Of a stretch of 32,000 bases of DNA, positions 23,601-32,000 are shown one piece after another. Location of the stretch: the NCBI RefSeq assembly GCF_000400465.1, contig NW_008806295.1, forward strand, positions 90,001 through 122,000, read 5' to 3'. The translations under genes were made by a program, and so were the position numbers. Within the stretch, counting starts at the first letter, position 1, and each line of letters starts with the position of its first letter. Below the pieces are notes generated by a model. The model searched no databases and was not told where the DNA came from. It was given only the letters and a program-made list of their open reading frames with translations. The DNA is from Wallemia ichthyophaga EXF-994. Lineage: Eukaryota > Fungi > Basidiomycota.

Positions 23601-25183
23601 TCGTCTACTGCTCATATCTTCACTATCAATGTTCGTACTGTTGAGAACTAATTTACGAGCTTCTCCGAGGTCCTTGTTTAATTGATCAATTTGCTCATTC
23701 TGATAAGACACTTTCTCATCATTTGCTGCTCTCTCTTCAGCAATAGCATGCCGGATTTCTTCATACTTGTTAGATTCCAGCTCTGCGACTTCTTTCTGGA
23801 GTATTTTGATCTGAGTGATGTGCTGCTGCAACAGTGCATCCTTGGTACCATCCAGTATATCACCACGCTTAGCCTGTATCTTGACCTTCTTTATTGTGCG
23901 TGCGAATTTGAGTGTGTCGAGTGTGGCGTTGTGATGATCCATTCCGTCGGCTATGGTGCACACCACACCGACTCTGGCATCACCTGACAAGGACGGTTTG
24001 AGGAGGTAAGTGAGTTTGCTATTACGGAAAGGTATATGAGCTGGTTTTGGGGTCTTGACAATCTCGCTGATAACTGTTGAAAGTGCAAGTAAAGATTTAT
24101 TGATATTGCTACCTTCTAACCGACGTGATGAGTCTGTCGTAGCTTTCTCACTACCAGCCAAATCTATCAGGTTGAGTGTCGATTTACGAGATATAGAGTT
24201 CTTGGTGAGGTTTGATTGTCTTTCTGAAGATTCTACGACGATTTGGAATACACAGTGCGATCTGCTACTTCTGTCATTCCAGTCAGTGGCACCAACGTGA
24301 CGATTGAGATCACCCTGGTCTTTCAGTGCAAGAACTTCTTGTGGAGTTGTGACTAGCACTTCAGTGAGATTCTCTACGAATGTATTGCCACCTTGATTTT
24401 CACGAACTCGTAGCTCTTCATTTTGTGTAGAAGGACCGAGAAGATCACGTAATTTCTCATTGTATATTTCCAAATAACGTACTCTGAGAAGAAACTCACG
24501 CGAAGGATCCTATTTGACGCGTAAATGAGACATATAAAGACGCGTTAGATGACACTTACGTCATAGATTTCTTCGAATACTTGTTCGACGGCTAGAGGAA
24601 TGATACCAGGTTCATCTTCAGTACCCGTGAGAGTATGAGTTTTACCAGAGCCAGTCTGACCATAAGCAAAGACGGTTGAGTTGTAACCGACCATGGAGGA
24701 GTGAATCAGTCTGGTGATGTGACTATCATACAAAGAGCAAGTACGAGCAGGGGGGAGGAGAAGACTGTCGTAAGTGAATTCACTGTTCTTAGAGTGCCTG
24801 GTAGGAGTACCTGCGCTTCTCTTTTCGACAAGGGGGTGATTTGCGCTAAGGGCAATTGTATTCGTTGGTTTGTTGATATCGTACAAGTGATGTTTCTTGT
24901 GTACGTTTGCATTTATGTGATTTGGGGAGAGAGCAACTGGATTCACCTCATTTGGGCGCATTCTAACGAAAACTTGAACTTGTTCTGGCTTCTGTGTGTC
25001 ATCGATGACTTGCTTACGGCGCATATGACGGGGAGTTGGGGGAAGAGGAATTAAATCGTCCTCACTGAGCTCATCTAATGAAGGAGGATTCGATGTCGGT
25101 GAAGGTGGTGCTTCCGTTGGTGTAAACGCGGCCGTTGGCCTCCTGTAGCCCGTTGGAATCTGATTCTTTACTTTAAGCTTCAT
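20675..25183 (-). CDS. Kinesin motor protein, kinesin-7 (CENP-E/Kip2-like) with long coiled-coil tail, 4 exons
   Basis: P-loop AYGQTGSGKT, switch I SSRSH, switch II LIDLAGSE and HIPFRNSKLT. Introns at 24559-24510, about 23465-23423 and about 21069-21021 join ORFs 24545-25183, 23346-24473, 21061-23427 and 20675-20905 into one gene. Confidence 0.9.
22320..22950 (-). repeat. Diverged tandem duplication (315 nt, 105 aa) inside the kinesin coiled coil
   Basis: KERDEVNGRIS...AAE and KERDELNGRLS...SAE recur 105 aa apart. The DNA anchors cgacc(g/a)ttga(c/g)ttcatcacgctcctttt lie at 22607 and 22922. Confidence 0.85.
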
Positions 25184-25541
25184 GAGAATATCGTCAAAGT
25201 CGTAATTAAGGCCAATAGATGTTATTATTACGCGTATTTTTAATTTTTATTAGATTTTTATAATTTTTATAATTTGGTGATGGCTGAATTGGGCTGAACT
25301 GCTGGACGGCTCCAAGTTGGGTTATGGATCCACGAATCTTGTGAGGCGGAGCTGGATTTGGAAATAATTGAAAATTAATTCAAACGTTGCAGGAGAAATT
25401 TCTCAGTTCTATTAGCAATCGCAGGTGTTGCTGGATATAACGTAAAGTCAAATATCGATAAACGCAGATTCGTCAAGGTTGGAGCGTGTTTTATATCTCC
25501 TTTCGACATACTCACATGCCTATAGCACCAACAATACCGCA

Positions 25542-26178
25542 ATGAGAAAGAATTACGAGCAAGGAGTGGATAAGTATTACACTCAAGTCCACGACAGTTA
25601 CAGGAATCCTCATTTCTACGCTATCACCAAATGCCTCAGTCAATTTCTTACAAACCACCCTAAACCTGCTAGCGTTGTTGACTTGAGTTGTGGAAGGTTG
25701 GTTCCTGCTACCTTTACACATATAAACATGACGCTTACACTCAAACAACAGCGGCGAAGTCACGGAAATACTCACAAACTTTTACAGGCGCAGGAACCAA
25801 CAAATACCTTCAATCGTAGCGACTGACCCTTTCACAATGTCCGCTTACACTCAACGTACTGGCAGAACCTGTCTCTCACTCAGTTTCCAAGATATAGCCC
25901 ATGGAAAGCTCATTGGGGATTTTCATTTAGTCATCATTTCATTTGCATTGCATTTAATCTCGGATAACAGCGCCTTATACTCTTTCCTCACCCAACTATC
26001 TTATCAATCCAGGTACCTTTGCATACTCAGCCCGCACAAGAAGCCAGAGATCAAACCTTCATGGGGATTTGAAAGGATAAACACTAAGACATTGGAAGCT
26101 GATGATAACGACGAGATATATATCGAGAGGGTTCGACTTCGTTTGTTTAAATCGTATAACTTTGATCAATTTTCATGA
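25542..26178 (+). CDS. Uncharacterised class I SAM-dependent methyltransferase-like protein, 2 exons
   Basis: Splicing GGAAG|GTTGGT...AACAG|C gives the motif-I-like VVDLSCGSGEVT. Also ATDPFT, LVIISFALHL, LSPHKKPEI and ERVRLR. The start codon is uncertain. Confidence 0.65.
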
Positions 26179-26964
26179 CATGTCCATTGAGGTATCTTCT
26201 TTTTGCTGTGCGTTGTGTGTGTTGTGTGTGTTGTTTGAGTTGTGTGCATTTTGCGCATTTTGTGATAAATATTCATCATAAAGTGCATCTAATTCATCAT
26301 CATCAAAGAGGTCATCGCTATCTGCGGCGTTAGTAGCATTTGCGTCATTGAAATAGGACATATCCATGTTATTGTCCAAATCCTCGGGTATTTCCTCCTC
26401 AGTCTCACTCCAAAACTCAAGTGGATCATAATCTGAGCCAACGCAAAGATCAAACTTGCTTTCTTTTCGCCTAATCTCAGATCTGTAATCCCTTTCGTCA
26501 ATCTTGCTGTCGATTTTATTCTGCAGGTCATCGTCGTCCTCATCAGCCTCCTCATCGAGATTGAAGAGCTGCTTGGAATTTATACGGGCAGAGTCAACAT
26601 CGCGAGCTCTAGACAACTTTCTTAGCTGCTGAGATTTGAACCTTTCCTTCCAAAGTCTTTTCTTAGGATCTGCTGCGTCGTTGGGTGCGAGTGGAGACGA
26701 CGACAGAATCGCGTGACTGAATTTAGATGTCGTTGCAGACGTAGGTGATGAACTGTGATGTAGGTTTGCAACGCGTCTTCTATTCCCACCAATTCCAAAT
26801 TGATCTCCATCGCTCTTTAAATTCCCACTGCCAGTGCCATTCTGCCTGTATCTGTATCGATAGCCAGAATCAAGTGAAGCAGGCTGCGTTGGACGCGTGA
26901 CTCTTTGTCGTGCTGGCTTTGGCTTTGGTGGCGTGCTGCTTCCGATGTTGAATAAATCCATCAT
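26173..26964 (-). CDS. Hypothetical 263-aa protein, S/R-rich N-terminus and acidic C-terminus
   Basis: Uninterrupted ATG-initiated ORF. The LWKERFKSQQLRKLSRAR segment faintly resembles the RPA-interacting protein N-terminus (unverified). Confidence 0.6.
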   Translation of the reverse strand: MMDLFNIGSSTPPKPKPARQRVTRPTQPASLDSGYRYRYRQNGTGSGNLKSDGDQFGIGGNRRRVANLHHSSSPTSATTSKFSHAILSSSPLAPNDAADPKKRLWKERFKSQQLRKLSRARDVDSARINSKQLFNLDEEADEDDDDLQNKIDSKIDERDYRSEIRRKESKFDLCVGSDYDPLEFWSETEEEIPEDLDNNMDMSYFNDANATNAADSDDLFDDDELDALYDEYLSQNAQNAHNSNNTHNTHNAQQKEDTSMDMS

Positions 26965-27270
26965 CTTCGTTGTAAGGAGTCAAGAAGAAGTGATGCTAGT
27001 CAAATTGGCAGGATACATTTGAAATATTTCTTGGCCTGAAGATATGCATTTCTAGTCTATCACGTGTTGCCTTGCTACAAATCTCACTCCCACTGCCATT
27101 GCTTACAATTTGCCTTTGTTTGTCAGAAATTTTCACTCTTTCAACAAAGTCAAAGCGATTCGAGCGCGTTTAAAAAGGTAAAAATATACGTTATTTATCA
27201 AAAATTCTGTTTCGTTTACATCCATCCCCACTAAGTCTCCTTCTTTAACACCGATTATCAAGATCGTAAA

Positions 27271-28183
27271 ATGTCCAGTAAAGCACCCCGGGCGCTTGTA
27301 ATTAGCCCAAACTCTAAATTTGATATGCAAATGCTTTCAGTACTTCGTCATGTATCTTTACATGGCACATTAACATCTTTTTGTGGTGGCACAGCACCTC
27401 ACCAACTGACACAATACTCGCCACATTCAAATGATATCTTGCTTCAAATCAACAGCAAAGAAGACCTGAAATCTCAATTCACCATATTTGATGTAATCAT
27501 TAACTGCTTTGATCAATCTGCTGACTTCAATAGGGGGAAAGGTATCTCAAACTCTATCGTCATGGCGCTGTCGAAATGCGAAGTTAGGTGAGCTGCTCTA
27601 ATCGAAAGCTCATGAAAAACACCCACTCAACAGGCAGGAAAATATACTTCACCTCCGACAGGGATACTGACAATCGAAAAACTATTTTTTTCAGACGATG
27701 TCTCAACTTCGAAAGTGAATGCCCGCACTTTCGCAGACAAGCACAGCAGCGCTAATATAAAAGTTTTCAGCGTATACGGTGGTATATGCATGCAAGACTT
27801 CTTCGAGGTGTATTTGGAGACCAAGTCAGAGGTGTTTAGGGGAAAGAAACTCTAGTATTTTGAAATGCTAGAGGAGCGCGGCCAAGTATCAGTCGCACTC
27901 ACCTACAAGAGCGACCTATTTCAGGCCACTATGAAGCTTGTTCTGCTAGCTTGGTCAGATGTCGGTAAGACACCCGATCACATACATCTCTACTCCGAAT
28001 GCAGGCCTCTCCGAGAGCAACTGCAGACCTAAGAGACTAGCGATTGAACGCCGCGCACTAGCGCTATTCTCTTTCAAAGCTATGTATTTCAATAGCTACC
28101 AGAAAATTGACTATACCCTCAAAGCGCGTAAAGGTACCCATTTGAGCAATATAGCAGCCAGCGAGCCCTGGACAAAGATGTAA
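27271..28183 (+). CDS. Hypothetical multi-exon protein, possibly NmrA-like Rossmann fold
   Basis: ORF 27271-27591 can be joined through GT-AG introns to TIEKLFFSDD...SVYGGICMQDFFE|YFEM...VSVALTYKSDLFQAT and to ORF 27959-28183. The family guess rests on weak resemblance only. Confidence 0.4.
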
Positions 28184-28231
28184 AAGTAAGAATAAAGGAA
28201 TACATATGCATTAGTTTTACATTATATCACG

Positions 28232-29490
28232 CTACACCCTTCCTCGGAACATGAGAGCAGGGATAGAGGTTGGTGGATGGATGCCGACTTCAGATATCAC
28301 ACCATCGATAAACTTAGCGGGTGTGACATCATACAACAGCGACTCTTCTCTCACGTTTGGACCGAGACCTTGGATATCCAACTTGAAAGCCTCCGGAGCG
28401 AGCTCATTGGTGGTGATAGAATCGAGCATGACCCTGTCGACAAATTTGTAGGATTCAGCGAGTGTGTACACAGGAACATTATGTAATTTAGACAGCAGCG
28501 CAACTGAAGCGTTACCAGCGCGAGAGTAGAGTGAACCATTTGCGAGTATGGCGTGTGCACCGAGGAGAGCGAATGAGATGTTAGGGAGTAAAGACTGCAG
28601 GGCTGTCAAGTGAGAGTAAGTGCAATCAATACCTGCTTCTGTTAAGGTGGACAGTAGATTTTTGCCTTCGTTGAGGGGCTTGGCGTCGAGAAGAGTAACA
28701 GAAAACAGTTTACCAGCTTTTTTAGCTTCTATCAAGGTCTTTTCAATGATAGAAGAACGGGCATAGACGAGGATGTTGGAGTGAGTGGTTGAAGAAAGTT
28801 TTGTGAGCGTGTTCTTGATAATTTCGTCGCCAGCGAGGGTTATTCTGTCTCTGACGTAGTAGTCTATGAGCATACAGAGGTGGTTACGTGCCTTGAAAGT
28901 GTTTGTTAGGATGACGCGCCGGATAATACGCCTAAAACACGCGCACTCACGTCATTGTCATCCATATCGGGATCAATGTTAGCAATCTGAAGCTTGAGCC
29001 ATCTGATAGCACTTCCGTTCGAAATGGATTTTGGCCTGCAGCTCTCGAGGTGGGTGATCTGGGGTGAGATCACCGATAGCAGATTCCTAGAGAGCGTGGT
29101 GCCGGGAGGAGTATTGTAGGAGCCAATAACGAGTTTGAGTGCGCTCATAAGAGCCAAAGTGCGAGCATTAGCGCCTACGATAGAGAAGTTTGAAAGAAGA
29201 GCGCCTAATCTGGATATTTGGGGGTGCACATGCTCAGGCTTGACGGAAGGGATCGGGGCTTTGTGAAGGTGCTTAAGAGGGCTGTCCAAGGTATTCTGAA
29301 GGGCTTGAGAATGGCTCAAGACGCTACCTGAGTCGCTTCTAGCGCTGGATTGGGCTGGGTGTTGGGAAGGCTGAGAAGGCTGAAAAGGCTGTGCCATATG
29401 CTCAGGCTTCTCACCGCCACCTCTAGCCTCCACTTTCTGCTTCCTCCTCTCAGATTTTTGATTTATTTTCTTTTGTTTATCTTCAGGCAT
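28232..29490 (-). CDS. GCD2: Translation initiation factor eIF2B delta subunit, 2 exons
   Basis: IVGANARTLALM, LESCRPKSISNGSAIRWLK, ILVYARSSIIE, LLGAHAILANGSLYSRAG, ESYKF and LYDVTP motifs. Start MPEDKQKK at 29490. Confidence 0.93.
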
Positions 29491-29703
29491 TTTTGAAGCG
29501 TACGTCTTGAGAAACAACCAAGTGAGTCAACGAATTGGGATCAAAATTGGAATGATGAAATTTCAAATACACAAACGTAGCCAGTCCAAATACCAATTGG
29601 ATTAGACTTCTTGACTGTTTTAGCTCAAGTTTTCTTCAACGGCTTTGACGGCTATATAGTCATAGTTACTCTGACCCAATGTGATCCCAGCCAGTATTCC
29701 TCT

Positions 29704-31263
29704 CTAAACATCCTCCACAGTCACCCTATCCACCCCTATAGGCATTCCTGTCTCGCTATGTACCAAAACCCATTTGTACTTGTTCATGAATCCTCCTTTC
29801 TCCAGTCTCTGATCATACTTGAGTGCCCTCCCCCATTCTATCCTCTGAACCCTTGAGTTGCCCATTGTACACGCATGCGCTATTGCTGCACTTGCTTTGT
29901 CATACCGCCCTATTGACCTCATGTCCCACTCTCTCCACGTGTCCGTATTTGGCAGTGCTAGCGGTGAAGGATCCCCATATAGCTCGTCCAAGTTGAGGTG
30001 TATGCACACTCTTTCCAAGAAAGGCATCTTGCTTAGCATCTTTATCACAGTGTCTGGCCAGTACCTCATTGGAACCTCCTCTGCCTCTCCAAACACCAAT
30101 GCTAAGTCTAGCTCCTTGATTGTTGGTATCGAATAACACAGTCTTTCGAGGCTGTCGTCCTCCGTAACTAAAATTGTCAACTTGAGTCGTTCTAGCTGCT
30201 TATCCCGCAAATCTATCAACGCAAACGCCAACTCATCCGGCTCCATCAATCCTTCAAACTCTACCTCCTTCAGTTGCCTCGACACGCGCAATATCTGATC
30301 CGATGTCGATGGCGGTCTCCCTGCGAATTTGAGACACTCCAATTGTCCAAACATATCGTCTTTCTCGGTTCTGCTCACCCTATATGACCTCTCGACTCCT
30401 GACAACGACAATGTTTTTAATTGCTTCAATGTCTTGAACATGTCTGTGTACGCTACCTCAATATCCCCATCGATGGCCTCGCTTGGCAGAGGCAGCGGTC
30501 CTATTGCGAGATTTTCCAATGTGCTATCAAACTGTGAAATAAACCTGAACAGATCCACAAACTCTGTCTTATCCGGTGGTGCAAGTGGAATTGGATCACC
30601 GTCTTGATCTGTACCATCTCCCTTGAAATTGTTGGTGTTAGTGAGAGTTACACAGATCAGGTTTACCCTGCTTACGTATGTTGCATCACGCGGGTACCAT
30701 TCTACTGTAAACTTATTCAATTTCGGTTTACTGAGGTGTTTTCTTTGCAAACCAAGCGTCAAAGTATCGTAGAAAATAAGATCAAGTGACGTGAGTGTCG
30801 TAATGCCTCCAAGGCTCTCTCCTATTGAATCAAACATTGGCTGATCCCATGCCAGTGAGACGTGGTCCAACCAAGACAATTGACGGATTCCGCGAGCGAC
30901 TTCGAGTGCAACTAAGGGGCCTGTTTGAGAATGTCATAACCACTATTATCTATATAGCTCACGCGATGCTGGCTTGTATAGACATATCCGCAGATCAATA
31001 TCGAGTCTACGTATGCTGTCATGGCCAATTGAGTCGGTTTTACATCTAGAAGGCATTGCTCACTGATTAAAACTGGTCGGATCACATCGCAGCGCTTTCA
31101 AATTGCTCAAGTCGTGTCCCCGTATCGTCATGCTCCGCGATAACAGTCTACGCAGCACGCGCTCGAAGCGCTTGCAAGTGAGCGAGAAATGCAATTTATC
31201 TTCAAAATCAAGATAATTGGCTATTTGAAGCACCTCTTTATCCTTTATCGTTGACGTATTCAT
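29704..31263 (-). CDS. F-box protein with LRR-like C-terminal region, 3 exons
   Basis: N-terminal F-box-like EVLQIANYLDFEDKLHFSLTCKRFERVL. Introns about 31063-31016 and about 30963-30922 join it in frame (FN|HIRRLDIDLR...S|RPLVALEV) to the 391-aa ORF with LxxLxL repeats. Confidence 0.65.
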
Positions 31264-31310
31264 CGTGGTCCTTTTAGAAGATAAGACTTGAAAATTATCA
31301 AGAATGTCTT

Positions 31311-32000
31311 TCATTCCCGCGCATTCTTGGTAGCAATAATAATAATAATAATAATAAAACGTTTTCTTTCTTATAATACACACTCTCAAATCAAAGCTAT
31401 CCTGTTGTCTTTTATATTGAATATCAGCCAAGCCGACGTTTGGGTTTTCTGGTCGCGCACCCGCTCTCTTATCAGATGAAGGTAAGAGGATATGTGGGGT
31501 GAGCCAGCACCTAGAACCTGTTTAAACTTGTCGTCATCGCGTATCCAGTCGCTGTTCATTGCCATTCTATCAAAGACAACTGCTGGTACATCGACAGCCA
31601 GCATCGCCTTACTAGCATTTTCAAATTCTTGTAATGCACTCTCAGCTGTTTTGTGTTGCGTTTCGTGTTTTGCGTTAACATTGTAATTATAAATTGAGTA
31701 TCAAACTCACCTCTGTCACTCATTAGGGCCCGATTCCGCTTGTTAATCTTGTTCTTATTGTCGTCCTTTTTAAATGACCACGCTATCTCACTTGGCATGG
31801 CAAGATGAATATCAACACCAGGTGTATCTTTGTCATGTGTCCTCGATATTTCGTCCTGTGATTGGCGCAGCTTCCTCGATAGAAAATCAACGATATCATG
31901 TCGATCGACTGTGAAGAGTTAAGCTCAGTTATTAAAAAACACCTATAACCAACCACACACCTTCCTCCTCTGATTTTTTAGACAGCGTATTGCGCACCTT
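31311..32000 (-). CDS. 3' part of an unidentified multi-exon gene truncated by the window edge
   Basis: Spliceable frame KVRNTLSKKSEEE|VDRHDIVDFLSRKLRQ...LAMPSEIAWSF...MSDR|AESALQEFENASKAMLAVDVPAVVFDRM...DDDKFKQ. The final exons are uncertain. Confidence 0.5.
31334..31356. repeat. (AAT)n microsatellite
   Basis: About 7 AAT units, likely intronic or intergenic. Confidence 0.85.

Noticed and set aside
25276-25360. GC-richer stretch with TGATG and CTGA after an AT-rich tract, possible snoRNA or ncRNA
   Set aside because: Box spacing is too short, and there is no recognisable snRNA, SRP or U3 signature. It lies in a divergent promoter.
26200-26262. (GT)-rich repeat tract
   Set aside because: It simply encodes the low-complexity NAQNAHNSNNTHNTHNAQQ tail of the 263-aa ORF.
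174-31049. Numerous antisense and alternative-frame ORFs in the track (e.g. 174-383, 911-1162, 1269-1682, 2474-2752, 9952-10200, 21325-23077, 29858-30789)
   Set aside because: They are shadows of real genes on the opposite strand or frame, with no independent motifs. Many start at non-ATG codons.
31060-31062. In-frame TGA inside the F-box reading frame, suggesting read-through or a pseudogene
   Set aside because: A 48-nt intron (CA|GTGAGC...ATGACAG|C, about 31063-31016) removes it and restores FNHIRRLDID in frame.
1-32000. CRISPR arrays, rRNA, intact transposons or prokaryotic operons
   Set aside because: None seen. The sequence is intron-containing eukaryotic DNA with no spacer-repeat arrays, TIR/LTR pairs or transposase/RT motifs.

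Overview
Eukaryotic, gene-dense fungal genomic DNA. It has many 45-60 nt GT-AG introns with CTAAC/TACTAAC branch points and very short intergenic spacers. The style suggests a compact basidiomycete such as Wallemia (inference, not verified). About 16 protein-coding genes, mostly on the minus strand, in order: NMT1/THI5 (HMP-P synthase), UNC-93-like MFS transporter, FLX1-like mitochondrial carrier, PPR-like protein, DHA2-type MFS pump, small acylated SVIP-like protein, CTI6-like PHD protein, APC amino-acid permease, tRNA-His(GUG), SHPRH/IRC20-like SNF2-RING helicase, kinesin-7, orphan SAM-methyltransferase-like gene, acidic hypothetical protein, possible NmrA-like protein, eIF2B-delta, F-box protein, and a gene cut by the right edge. 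The standout is a TPP riboswitch aptamer (about 899-1049, minus strand). It lies inside an unusually long (372 nt) internal coding-region intron of NMT1. It is flanked by a cryptic donor, a GTACAC repeat array, two perfect TACTAAC branch points and two out-of-frame acceptors, which looks like a complete ligand-controlled alternative-splicing device. Exon boundaries were derived by hand and are approximate unless stated.
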